DNA from: Acidimicrobiia bacterium
GTDB lineage: Bacteria > Actinomycetota > Acidimicrobiia > Spongiisociales > UBA5794
NCBI GenBank assembly: GCA_029287195.1
Contig: JARFRN010000249.1
Span: 20,352 to 84,351, forward strand
Direction of reading: 5' to 3'
DNA length: 64,000 bases
The notes beneath the pieces are model-generated. The model saw only the letters and a list, made by a program, of their open reading frames with translations, was not told the origin of the DNA and made no database searches. Below, piece after piece: positions 34,056 to 43,090 of this stretch. How positions within the stretch are numbered: the stretch's first letter is position 1; every line of letters begins with the position of its first letter. The translations under genes and the position numbers were made by a program.

Positions 34056-34477
34056 ACAGCGGATATCGCGCTACGCGTCAGTAGAAATCCGACTGGGTCC
34101 ATCTTGCGGGGATTGGGAAACGCAGCGGGATGTACCGACACCCAGTGAGTTCGCCGAATGGCACATAACGGGCACCAATCGGTGCCACCCGCAAAACGGT
34201 CGGCAGACGCAGTCCCGGTGTGGACTGCGTCTGCCGACATCTGTCCCGTCACCACAGTGCGCCGGGTATGGATGTCGTTGACCGTCTGCATAGCCACCGG
34301 CCCGCAACACCCGGCGTGAGCCATCGAAGGGCAGGGCGGATAGCCGCGGAGTGGCCGACGGGCAGGAAACAGAAACGAGTCATGCAATCAACGGCTACCA
34401 AGGCCATCTTCTTGACCAGACAACGTGGCGCAAGTGTAGGTTGGCCTGAGATGCAGTAGCGAGGGAGAGGAACTGCG

Positions 34478-34864
34478 ATGTTTGCCAACATACCTATTCA
34501 TGCCGTGCTACCAGCTTCCGATCTGGACCGTGCCAAACGGTGGTACTCGGAGAAGCTTGGTCTGGAGCCGGTCAGCGAGTACGAATACGGCGGAGTCCAA
34601 TACGAAACCGGCGGAGTCATGTTCCTTGTATATCCGTCTCAGTTCGCGGGAACCAACAAAGCGACCGCCGCCGGCTTCCGCGTCGACGACTTCGATGAAG
34701 CGGTGTCGGTGCTCCGATCCAATGGCGTTGTCTTCGAAGATGTTGATTTTGGGGAGATGGGCTCGACGGTCGACGGTGTGATCACCTTGGCCGACGGCAA
34801 GGACAAGGCGGCCTGGTTCAAGGACAGTGAGGGGAATGTGCTCTCGCTCTCGAGCATCGGTTGA
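34478..34864 (+). CDS. VOC-family (glyoxalase / bleomycin-resistance / dioxygenase-fold) protein
   Basis: A 128-aa protein: MFANIPIHAVLPASDLDRAKRWYSEKLGLEP...GGVMFLV.... Confidence 0.75.
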   Translation: MFANIPIHAVLPASDLDRAKRWYSEKLGLEPVSEYEYGGVQYETGGVMFLVYPSQFAGTNKATAAGFRVDDFDEAVSVLRSNGVVFEDVDFGEMGSTVDGVITLADGKDKAAWFKDSEGNVLSLSSIG

Positions 34865-34930
34865 CGCCGGTATCCCGTCAAGAGGCACCGTCTCGCCTCA
34901 ACTCAATGTCGGCGGCGGAGGGAGCACGGG

Positions 34931-35902
34931 GTGATTGCTGGTGTGCCGACCGGGGACGAGGTGGCCACTTTCTGTCCGTTGTGTGTTTCCCGTTGTGGAG
35001 CGCGGGCGAGCGTGTCGAATGGAACGTTCACGTTATCTCGCGATCCGTCGCACCCCACCGGGAAGGCGCTGTGCGTCAAGGGTAAGGCCGCACCGGAGAT
35101 CTCTGCTCATCCGGACCGGTTGCATCATCCGCTGCAGCGCGCCAACTCGAAGGGGGTGTCGGATCCCGGCTGGCAGCGAATCGGATAGGAACATTCGCCG
35201 CCGCCGACCAGAGCGTCGGCCCGCAAGAGCCATCGCGGCTTGCCCACGCAAGCCTGGGACGAAGTTTCCGAGCAGCCGGTCCGTGTCGATGCGGCCGCCG
35301 GCGGCACCGACATCGATGAACCTGATCGGTTGGCGCTGGTTGGAAGCGTCGAGGTGGCTACGACCGGAGGGACGGTCGCCTGTCGGCCGGCATTCGACCT
35401 CGTGGCAGAGCAGAGCCGCGCCTCGTCGCCTCCCATTGCCGAGGAGGTCACCGGTGTACCCGCGGCCGAGATCGAACGTACCGCCGAGGTACTGTGGCAG
35501 CACCGCCCTATCGCCTTCTACACGTGGAGTGGTCTCGAGCAGCACAGCGACACTACCCAGATCATCCGGGCTATCAACGTGCTCTATGCGCTGACCGGCT
35601 GCCTTGATGCTCCGGGAGGCAACGTACGGTTCACCTCGGTCCCGTCGAACCCGATCAACGGCGCCGAACTACTCGCCTCGGCGCAGGCGGCGAAAACCAT
35701 CGGCGTGGCTGATCGACCGCTGGGCCCTGCTCGATTCGGGTTCGTGACGGGGGAGGATTTCTACACGGCGGCGCTCGAGGGTGCGACGCCAGAAGCCTTG
35801 CGAAATGCCAAGGAACCCCGCTCTCTGAGCGGGGTTCGCGTGGTCAGGGACGGCGTCGATCCGTCGACCTCTGGTTTTTCAGACCAGCGCTCTACCAACT
35901 GA
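34931..35902 (+). pseudogene. Decayed paralog of the molybdopterin oxidoreductase at 28571-30781. Frameshifted, internally deleted, and 3'-truncated at tRNA-Phe.
   Basis: Frame 1 gives FCPLCVSRCGARASV...ALCVKGKAAPE (the N-terminal 4Fe-4S motif of the intact paralog). Frame 2 gives WDEVSE...INVLYALTGCLDAPGGNVRFT, which matches ADVINVLTGNLDRPGGVMFT. The ORF stops about 60 bp inside the tRNA-Phe gene. Confidence 0.55.
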
Positions 35903-35913
35903 GCTACCTGACC
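35841..35913 (-). tRNA. tRNA-Phe (GAA)
   Basis: Reverse complement: GGTCAGGTAGCTCAGTTGGTAGAGCGCTGGTCTGAAAAACCAGAGGTCGACGGATCGACGCCGTCCCTGACCA. It folds as a cloverleaf with anticodon GAA. The T-loop reads ATCGACG (A at position 54), which is atypical. Confidence 0.75.
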
Positions 35914-35953
35914 TTGCACAACCACGCCCGGACCGAGGTCCGGGCGCAGTGTG

Positions 35954-36031
35954 TGGCGGGAGCGACGGGATTTGAACCCGCGACCTCCGGCTTGACAGGC
36001 CGGCGTGAACTCCAGACTTCACCACGCCCCC
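35954..36031 (-). tRNA. tRNA-Asp (GTC), with CCA encoded
   Basis: Reverse complement: GGGGGCGTGGTGAAGTCTGGAGTTCACGCCGGCCTGTCAAGCCGGAGGTCGCGGGTTCAAATCCCGTCGCTCCCGCCA. Anticodon loop CTGTCAA, T-loop TTCAAAT. Confidence 0.85.
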
Positions 36032-36035
36032 GTTG

Positions 36036-36108
36036 CGCCCCCAAGGGAATTCGAATCCCTGTTGCCGCCTTGAAAGGGCGGAGTCCTAGGCCGCTAGACG
36101 ATGGGGGC
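36036..36108 (-). tRNA. tRNA-Glu (TTC)
   Basis: Reverse complement: GCCCCCATCGTCTAGCGGCCTAGGACTCCGCCCTTTCAAGGCGGCAACAGGGATTCGAATTCCCTTGGGGGCG. This is near-identical in architecture to canonical bacterial tRNA-Glu. Confidence 0.85.
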
Positions 36109-36279
36109 CCGAGAGTTCGGGATATTACACCGTCACCGCGTCCTACAACCGAGCGAGCCGAGTATAGATGGTCCCCACCCGCCACCGTCCAGCCGGTTCG
36201 GTCCTATCCGTGTTGCGGCGACTTGCCCGTACTCCGTACGATACGGCCGGGAGAATGACCTAACCGGAGGGAGACAAGA

Positions 36280-36771
36280 GTGCATCGCAACCGTCTGATC
36301 GCGCTCGCCGGCGTCATCATCGGCATCATCGGGCTCTTCATGAAGTCGTTGGACACCGACGGCGAAGAGTTGCTACCGGCACTGAACGCATCCAATCCAG
36401 ACTTCCCCGATGGAGTACCGACCATCTGGGGCGGTCTCGATCTGTGGGCGCAGTGGGCGGTGGTGATCCTGATCATCGCTGTTGTAGTGATTTGCCTGCG
36501 TCCGGTCATATCGGAGGCGCTCGATCGCAACTCTTCGATGATCGTTGCCGTCATCGGCGTAGCACTGCTGGCGTATGCGGTCGTCAAGTGGATGGATGCC
36601 GGTGACAAGGCCGACACCCTGCAAGCCGCCTTTGCGCAGGCTGCCGGGGCCGGGGCAATTCCCGGGGCCTTCGAAGTCAGTCGCAGCGTCGGGTTCCTGA
36701 TCCTCATCATCGGAACGGTCCTGGTGACTTTCGCCGGTGCGATGGGATTCATGAGCAGCGACGACGAGTAG
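36280..36771 (+). CDS. Hypothetical membrane protein (GTG start)
   Basis: Four TM helices and strong GC3 bias. It competes with two probably spurious antisense ORFs. Confidence 0.45.
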   Translation: MHRNRLIALAGVIIGIIGLFMKSLDTDGEELLPALNASNPDFPDGVPTIWGGLDLWAQWAVVILIIAVVVICLRPVISEALDRNSSMIVAVIGVALLAYAVVKWMDAGDKADTLQAAFAQAAGAGAIPGAFEVSRSVGFLILIIGTVLVTFAGAMGFMSSDDE

Positions 36772-36829
36772 AACCGCACGCACCTGTGCCAATCGAGTTG
36801 GCCGCCGGATGCGGCCCACTTCTGCGTTC

Positions 36830-37996
36830 TCAACTCGACCAGGCCACCCAAGTCCCGTCGCTGACCAGGACCGGTGGTTCTCCGAGTTCCTGTACCCAGA
36901 TGCCCGCTTCGCCGTCGATCGAACCTGGAAAGGCAAAGGCCGTGCCGTCCGGCGCCCACAGCGACATGCTCTGAGCGTATTGATCGAAGAAGGGCAGCAG
37001 GTCACGCACGAAACTCGGCTCGAACTCGAAGCGCACCAGTTCCTCCAGCACCTCACCCGACCAGACCTGCCAGCGCATCTCCCCAGAATCCACCAAATCG
37101 AGCAGCAAAAGCCGATCGCCGGCCGGTGACCAGAAGAACGCCAGGACGGGCGACTCGCTCACGACCGTGACGGTGCCGTCGCTATCGGCGACCACGAGCT
37201 GGTTGGTGGGCAGCACCGGAATCTCCTGGAAGAGGACGCTGAGTCCGTCTGGCTCACCGCCGGCAACCTGCGCAGCGACGCGCGAGCCGTCGCCGGTGGG
37301 TACCAGATAGGTTGGGCCCGGCGTGCGGGCCAGCGGGATGCTGGTTCCGTCCGCTGAAATCACCGCCAGCTTCTGATCCAGTCCATCCTGCGCAACGGCC
37401 ACGATGCCGGCGTCGGTCCAGTGGGGTGCCTGGAAGTCGCCGGGGACCGGGCCTAGTGGTTGGCGGGCACCGTCCTCGTTCAACTCGAGACGGTCGATCC
37501 CGATGTGGGTCACCAGGCGCTCTCCGCTCGGTTCCCACGAGAAGTACAGAGGTTGCCCCTCGTCGACAGGCTCCAGTCCTTCCGCCAGGCTCTCTCGAGT
37601 GGTCGTCTCGAGGCGCAGACCGTTGTCTCCGTTGCGGAGAGTGGCGAGGGTGTTGGTATCGGACCATGACATGTAGAACGGCAGCGTGCCGAGGTCGAGC
37701 GACGACATAATGCCGTCGTCGGGTGATGCGATGTGCAGCCTGGTGGCGGGACTGATCTCCGAGAACGCCAAAAGGGTGCCGTCCGGCGACCATGTGGGCT
37801 GGAAGTAGAAGGCCCGTTCCGGCCCGGAGGACGGACTTTCGGTTACATCGATGCGATTGCCGCCATCCGGATCCATGACGATTACGTTGCCGTCGTCGAC
37901 GACCACAAGTCGACCAGCGGTGTCTTCGTCGGCGGCTGTGCATGAGGCCATGAAGAGTGTGCCGAGGAGCAGCCAAACAAGCGATCGCATGTTCAT
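36830..37996 (-). CDS. TolB-like / PD40 beta-propeller repeat lipoprotein
   Basis: Lipoprotein signal MNMRSLVWLLLGTLFMASC. Repeated W/F-SPDG motifs (FQPTWSPDGTLLAF, AFFWSPAGDRLLL, MSLWAPDGTAFAF) are typical of WD40-like beta-propellers. Confidence 0.6.
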   Translation of the reverse strand: MNMRSLVWLLLGTLFMASCTAADEDTAGRLVVVDDGNVIVMDPDGGNRIDVTESPSSGPERAFYFQPTWSPDGTLLAFSEISPATRLHIASPDDGIMSSLDLGTLPFYMSWSDTNTLATLRNGDNGLRLETTTRESLAEGLEPVDEGQPLYFSWEPSGERLVTHIGIDRLELNEDGARQPLGPVPGDFQAPHWTDAGIVAVAQDGLDQKLAVISADGTSIPLARTPGPTYLVPTGDGSRVAAQVAGGEPDGLSVLFQEIPVLPTNQLVVADSDGTVTVVSESPVLAFFWSPAGDRLLLLDLVDSGEMRWQVWSGEVLEELVRFEFEPSFVRDLLPFFDQYAQSMSLWAPDGTAFAFPGSIDGEAGIWVQELGEPPVLVSDGTWVAWSS

Positions 37997-38147
37997 CATT
38001 CGAGACAACCCAGTGGTGCGGATCTGTGACACCCACGATAAGGGCCGATTCCCGGAAAAGGCCACACAGAAGGGGACCTTTCGGCCCTGCAACCTCACCC
38101 CGTTGCGCGCATAGGATGCTTGGCGAGCAGTACGTCTAGGAGGACCG

Positions 38148-40100
38148 ATGGCTGATCAGCCAAAGACACTCGAAAACCTTCTCACCGAGGATCGCCTATT
38201 CCCACCGACAGATGAGTTCGCCGCCGCGGCAAATGCCAAGCCGGATATTTATGAAAAGGCTGACGCCGACTACCTGGCTTTCTGGCAGGAACAAGCGCTT
38301 GACCGTGTGACGTGGTTCAAAGAGCCGACGGTCGTGCTGGATGACTCGAATCCGCCGTTCTTCAAGTGGTTCAGCGACGGGGAACTCAACGTGTCATACA
38401 ACTGTCTCGACCGTCATCTCGACACCATTGGGGACAAGGTTGCCTATCACTGGGTCGGCGAGCCGGGCGACACCAAGGACATCACCTATCGCGACCTCTA
38501 TGAAGAGGTGGCCAAGCTGGCCAACGGCTTGAAGAGTCTCGGCGTAGAGAAGGGCGATCGTGTCGCCATCTACCTCGGCATGATTCCGGAGCTTCCCGTC
38601 GCCCTATTGGCTTGTGCTCGGATCGGCGCCATCCACTCGGTCGTCTTCGGTGGTTTCTCTGCTGATTCGCTCGCCGACCGGATCCAGGACTCGAGCTGCA
38701 AGGTCCTCATCACCGGTGACGGCGCCTGGCGACGCGGCAGTGTGGTTTCGCTGAAGGATGTCGCCGACGAAGCGCTGAAGACCTCCCCGTCGGTGGAGAA
38801 CGTCGTTGTGGTCAAACGCACGGAGAACGACGTCGCCTGGTCGGACAAGGACATCTGGTATCACGATCTGGTTGCCGATCAATCGACGGAGTGCCCGGCC
38901 GAGGTGATGAACGCCGAGGATCCGCTCTACATCCTGTACACGTCCGGCACGACCGGTAAGCCAAAGGGCATCGTCCATACCCAGGGCGGCTACCTCACAT
39001 CGATCAGCGCTACGCACGACTACGTCTTCGACCTCAAGGATGACGATGTCTACTGGTGCACGGCCGACATCGGCTGGGTCACCGGCCACTCCTACATCGT
39101 TTATGGTCCGCTTGCCAATGGTGCGACCAGCATCATGTACGAGGGTGCTCCGAACCATCCTGGACTCGACCGTCTGTGGCAGATCGTCGAGGACTACGAG
39201 TGCACTATCTTCTACACCGCACCGACGGCCATCCGTGCGTTCATGAAGTGGGGCGACGAGCACGTCACCAAGCACGATCTATCGTCGCTGCGTCTGCTCG
39301 GCACGGTTGGTGAGCCCATCAACCCAGAGGCGTGGATGTGGTATCACGAGCTCATCGGCGGCGGCAAGTGCCCCATCGTCGATACCTGGTGGCAAACCGA
39401 AACCGGCGCCATCATGATCACCCCGCTGCCCGGAGCGGTTTCCACCAAGCCCGGATCGGCCACCAAGCCCTTCCCCGGCGTCGGCGCCGACGTCGTCGAC
39501 GAGGAGGGCAACTCCGTGCCGTGGGGAGGTGGCGGTTTCCTCGTTATGCGGCGTCCCTGGCCATCGATGTTGCGGACCATCTACGGAGATGATCAGCGTT
39601 ACGTCGACACCTACTGGTCGCGGTTCGACAACATGTACTTCGCCGGCGATGGCGCCAAGCGCGATCAGGACGGGTACTTCTGGCTGCTGGGCCGCGTCGA
39701 CGACGTCATGCTGATTGCCGGCCACAACATCTCGACCACCGAGGTGGAGTCGGCGCTCGTCAGCCACGACGCTGTGGCCGAAGCGGCCGTCGTCGGGCGC
39801 GCCGACCCTGTGACGGGTCAAGCCATCGCAGCTTTCGTGACATTGCGCGGCGATGTCGAGGGCAGCGACGATCTGCTTGCCGAGCTGCGCAATCATGTCG
39901 GCAGAACGATCGGACCAATCGCCAAGCCGAAGAGCATCGTCTTCACCGACGATCTCCCCAAGACACGATCCGGCAAGATCATGCGGCGCCTGCTGAAGGA
40001 TATCTCCGAGCAGCGGCAACTGGGTGACGTCACCACCCTCGCCAACGCCGATATCGTGCAGGAGATTGCGGCCAAGTCTTCGACGTCAACGGACGATTAG
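38148..40100 (+). CDS. acs: Acetyl-coenzyme A synthetase (AMP-forming)
   Basis: A 650-aa protein with a canonical Acs N-terminus (WFKEPT...FKWFSDGELNVSYNCLDRHL), the AMP-binding motif YTSGTTGKPKG, and the conserved Lys in PKTRSGKIMRR. Confidence 0.95.
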   Translation: MADQPKTLENLLTEDRLFPPTDEFAAAANAKPDIYEKADADYLAFWQEQALDRVTWFKEPTVVLDDSNPPFFKWFSDGELNVSYNCLDRHLDTIGDKVAYHWVGEPGDTKDITYRDLYEEVAKLANGLKSLGVEKGDRVAIYLGMIPELPVALLACARIGAIHSVVFGGFSADSLADRIQDSSCKVLITGDGAWRRGSVVSLKDVADEALKTSPSVENVVVVKRTENDVAWSDKDIWYHDLVADQSTECPAEVMNAEDPLYILYTSGTTGKPKGIVHTQGGYLTSISATHDYVFDLKDDDVYWCTADIGWVTGHSYIVYGPLANGATSIMYEGAPNHPGLDRLWQIVEDYECTIFYTAPTAIRAFMKWGDEHVTKHDLSSLRLLGTVGEPINPEAWMWYHELIGGGKCPIVDTWWQTETGAIMITPLPGAVSTKPGSATKPFPGVGADVVDEEGNSVPWGGGGFLVMRRPWPSMLRTIYGDDQRYVDTYWSRFDNMYFAGDGAKRDQDGYFWLLGRVDDVMLIAGHNISTTEVESALVSHDAVAEAAVVGRADPVTGQAIAAFVTLRGDVEGSDDLLAELRNHVGRTIGPIAKPKSIVFTDDLPKTRSGKIMRRLLKDISEQRQLGDVTTLANADIVQEIAAKSSTSTDD

Positions 40101-40116
40101 CTCCAATCGACCGAGA

Positions 40117-40160
40117 ACGAGAAAGCGCCTCCCTACTGGGAGGCGCTTTCTCGTTTGGCT
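40117..40160 (+). terminator. Intrinsic terminator downstream of acs
   Basis: Perfect 17-bp stem ACGAGAAAGCGCCTCCC / GGGAGGCGCTTTCTCGT with loop TACT, followed by TTGGCT. Confidence 0.6.
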
Positions 40161-40275
40161 CGATCGCTCTAGGCAGGCGAGGCTCGAACCTAGATGTGGC
40201 TTGCAGCCGCCCCTCCCTCCTGGGAGGTCTCTTTGTTGTTCCCCCGACTTCTGGTTGCGTCAACCATCTGCTAAA

Positions 40276-40290
40276 TTGGACTAAGTCCAA
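40276..40290 (+). promoter_or_regulatory. Candidate operator palindrome 25 bp upstream of the dps start codon
   Basis: TTGGACT-A-AGTCCAA is a perfect 7-1-7 inverted repeat and AT-richer than its surroundings. A Fur-family regulator is encoded immediately downstream of dps. Confidence 0.3.
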
Positions 40291-40314
40291 AGAAGCTCGA
40301 CGGAGGAGACTCTC

Positions 40315-40779
40315 ATGGCATGGACGGTGCTTCCGCAAGAGACCGCCCGCAAAGTTGCCGATTCGCTGCAGCCCACGATGCTGGACTTGATCGACCTTCA
40401 CCTCGTTGGAAAGCAGGCTCATTGGACGGTTGTTGGGGAAAACTTCCAACCGGTTCACGAGCGGCTCGATGTGTTGATCGATGCATGGCGGCTGTGGAGC
40501 GACAGCGTCGCCGAACGAATCGTCATCCTCGGTGCGTTGCCGAAGGGGCGTGCCCAGGACATCGTCAATGAAGGAGTTGGAGACGAAATTCCAATTGCCT
40601 GGCTCGACGGTGCGGAGGCCATGTCCTATCTGGCCGATCGTGTTGAGCTCGTCGCCAAGCGGGCTCGGGATCATCAGCAGACCGTCGAGGATCTGGACGT
40701 CATCAGCGATGGATTGCTGCAGACGATCGTCGAAGGGCTGGAAGAGCAGCTCTGGATGTTGCGCGCCCATATTCGCTGA
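40315..40779 (+). CDS. dps: Dps-family DNA-binding ferritin-like protein
   Basis: A 154-aa protein: LIDLHLVGKQAHWTVVGENFQPVHERLD...ERIVILGALP, the classic Dps ferroxidase-site helices. Confidence 0.9.
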   Translation: MAWTVLPQETARKVADSLQPTMLDLIDLHLVGKQAHWTVVGENFQPVHERLDVLIDAWRLWSDSVAERIVILGALPKGRAQDIVNEGVGDEIPIAWLDGAEAMSYLADRVELVAKRARDHQQTVEDLDVISDGLLQTIVEGLEEQLWMLRAHIR

Positions 40780-40805
40780 ATGACCCCCGACATCGTTGAT
40801 CTCTC

Positions 40806-41225
40806 ATGAGTGACTCAGTGACGGGGCGCATCCGCAACGCCGGACTCCGGGTAACCAGGGGGCGCGTAGCGGCCATCGAGACGCTGCAGGCTCTCGGCGG
40901 GCACCGCACTGTCGATGAAATCGCGAGAGGTCTCACCGGACGCGGCGTGAAGGTGGCGCGAGCAACCGTATTCAATGTGCTCGGCGATTTGGCTACAGCC
41001 GGGCTCGTCGTCATTGCCGATGCCGGGCCCGGCCCGACCCGCTATGAGGTTGCTACCTACGATCACCACCACTTCGTCTGCACAATCTGTGGGTCGATCA
41101 CAGATGTGCCCTGCGCAGAGAACGGCGGGCAATGCATTGAACCCGCCGTTGTTGACGGGACCGTCTCCAATGTGCAGGTGATCTATCGCGGGGTATGTAG
41201 TAGCTGTGAGGCAGGCGACACCTAG
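40806..41225 (+). CDS. Fur-family transcriptional regulator (Fur/PerR/Zur-like)
   Basis: Winged-helix N-terminus (RVTRGRVAAIETL...HRTVDEI), metal sites HHHFVCTICG, and a C-terminal CxxC (VCSSCE). Confidence 0.85.
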   Translation: MSDSVTGRIRNAGLRVTRGRVAAIETLQALGGHRTVDEIARGLTGRGVKVARATVFNVLGDLATAGLVVIADAGPGPTRYEVATYDHHHFVCTICGSITDVPCAENGGQCIEPAVVDGTVSNVQVIYRGVCSSCEAGDT

Positions 41226-41276
41226 GCAGCTCAGTGTCGGCTGGCAACGTTGAGTTGCAGACTCGATAATGAAGCC

Positions 41277-42986
41277 ATGAGTAGCGTCCCTGATGATCTC
41301 CGCCGCCGCACCGACGAATGGATTGCGGCCGATCCGCAGAAGAAGACTCGCCGGGAGTTGACCGGGCTCTTGGCGGCAGGCAACTCCGTGGAGCTGACCG
41401 AACGTATGGACGGCTCGCTCGAGTTCGGCACCGCCGGTCTGCGTGGCAAAGTCGAGGCCGGCTCTAACCGCATGAACCGGGCGGTTGTCATCCGCACCAG
41501 TCGGGGCCTCTCCGAATACCTGATCGAGCGGGAGCCGGATTCTGAGAAGCCGGTCGTGATCGGCCGCGACGCCAGGCTGTCGAGCAAACGGTTCCAGAAG
41601 GACGCTATCGGTGTTCTCACCGGTGCGGGAATCCTGGTCCGTTTCTTCCGAGACCCGGTACCGACGCCGCTGGTGGCATATGCCGCCCGTCAGCTCGGAG
41701 CGCGGGCTGCGATTGTCATAACCGCGAGTCACAACCCCCCATACGACAACGGGTACAAGGTCTACGACGCCAACGGTGCGCAGATCATTCCGCCTACCGA
41801 CGAGGAGATAGCAGCCAAGATCAATGCGGCGCCCCCGGCAAAGGATGTGCCCCGGCTCTCCAAGAAGTACCGCGGCGGTATGGCTTACCCGGTTCCGGAC
41901 TACATGTTCGAGCGCTACCTCCAGGACCTCGCCGCGGTGCGCCCCGCAAGTGCCACAGGCTCCGATCTGAAGATCGTCTACACGCCGATGCACGGCGTCG
42001 GCGGCGCCTTTGTCACCGACGGCCTGCACTACTTCGGCCACCCCAACGTGCTGCCGGTCACCGAGCAGTATGAACCCGACGGTCGCTTTCCCACAGTCGA
42101 CTTCCCCAATCCAGAGGAACCGGGGGCACTCGATCTGGCGACGGCCCTGGCCCGGCGTGAGGGAGCCGACCTCATCATCGCAAATGACCCGGATACCGAT
42201 CGGCTCGCCGTCAGTCTGCCGCGTCGTGAAGGGTGGCAATCGCTGACCGGAAACCAGATCGGGGTACTGCTAGCGGACTTCCTGCTGGAGAATGCCGAGG
42301 TGGACCATCCCCTCGTTCTCAACAGCATCGTCTCATCCCCCATGCTCGAGAGCGTTGCGCACGGTCACGGCGCCAGGTTTGTACAAACGCTCACGGGCTT
42401 CAAGTGGATCTGGAACGCCGCGCTCGATCTTGCCGACCAAGCGACGTTCGTTTTCGGTTACGAAGAGGCGCTCGGCTACTCGGTCGGCCCTGCGGTCCGT
42501 GACAAGGACGGCATCTCGGCTGCGATCATCTTTGCCGACCTAGCCGCAGCGTGTCGCGAGCGCGATGAGACGGTGTGGGATTATCTGGCGCGTCTTTACG
42601 GCGAACATGGCCTCTGGGTGTCCACCCAGAAGAGCATCGTGCGGCCCGGCAGCGAAGGTGCCGCCCAAATCGCGGCCGCCATGGAGAGGATCGGGGCAGC
42701 GCCGCCGTCCGAACTATCCGGGATCACCGTGGCCGAAGTCACCGACTATCGAGTCGGGGCCGAGGACCGCCCCCGCTACCTAGCGGCGACACCGCTGGTC
42801 GCACTGGATCTCGGAGCCAGAGGGAGAGCCCTGGTCCGGCCCAGCGGAACCGAGCCCAAGCTCAAGATCTATGTCGACCTCGTGGCAGACCGGGACGATG
42901 CCGTCTCGGCCGTTCAGCAGGAGCAGGCACTGACGGCGGAGGCCGACGAGGTCGCAACGGCCCTCGCCGCCAAACTCGGTTTGTAG
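41277..42986 (+). CDS. Phosphohexomutase (phosphomannomutase / phosphoglucomutase family)
   Basis: Active-site loop [23 protein letters not shown], and the C-terminal phosphate-binding [12 protein letters not shown]. Confidence 0.85.
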   Translation: MSSVPDDLRRRTDEWIAADPQKKTRRELTGLLAAGNSVELTERMDGSLEFGTAGLRGKVEAGSNRMNRAVVIRTSRGLSEYLIEREPDSEKPVVIGRDARLSSKRFQKDAIGVLTGAGILVRFFRDPVPTPLVAYAARQLGARAAIVITASHNPPYDNGYKVYDANGAQIIPPTDEEIAAKINAAPPAKDVPRLSKKYRGGMAYPVPDYMFERYLQDLAAVRPASATGSDLKIVYTPMHGVGGAFVTDGLHYFGHPNVLPVTEQYEPDGRFPTVDFPNPEEPGALDLATALARREGADLIIANDPDTDRLAVSLPRREGWQSLTGNQIGVLLADFLLENAEVDHPLVLNSIVSSPMLESVAHGHGARFVQTLTGFKWIWNAALDLADQATFVFGYEEALGYSVGPAVRDKDGISAAIIFADLAAACRERDETVWDYLARLYGEHGLWVSTQKSIVRPGSEGAAQIAAAMERIGAAPPSELSGITVAEVTDYRVGAEDRPRYLAATPLVALDLGARGRALVRPSGTEPKLKIYVDLVADRDDAVSAVQQEQALTAEADEVATALAAKLGL

Positions 42987-43090
42987 CGCGTTCCACCAGT
43001 GGCGTCGCCACATTTGGAGCCCGACCACAATCAGCAATAATGCGGACTGGAAATCGCTCGGTGCAATCGCGCCACAACCAAGGAGCTGTC

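Noticed and set aside
33890-34470. 590-bp non-coding stretch examined for a riboswitch, sRNA or small ORF
   Set aside because: Apart from the tRNA-Phe-derived repeat at 34006-34055, no convincing conserved structure, promoter or terminator pair, or coding signal was seen. The ORFs in it (33887-34387, 34071-34310) have poor composition.
40815-42239. 474-aa ORF antisense to the fur and phosphohexomutase genes
   Set aside because: No recognisable motifs and an Arg/Gly/Pro-rich composition typical of antisense frames in high-GC DNA. The sense-strand genes have clear family signatures.
42575-43090. Long in-frame N-terminal extension of the aldolase ORF overlapping the mutase gene
   Set aside because: The extension is Arg/Gly-rich low complexity with no homology signal and would overlap the 3' end of the mutase gene by about 400 bp. 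The ATG at 43091 gives a normal DhnA-type N-terminus.
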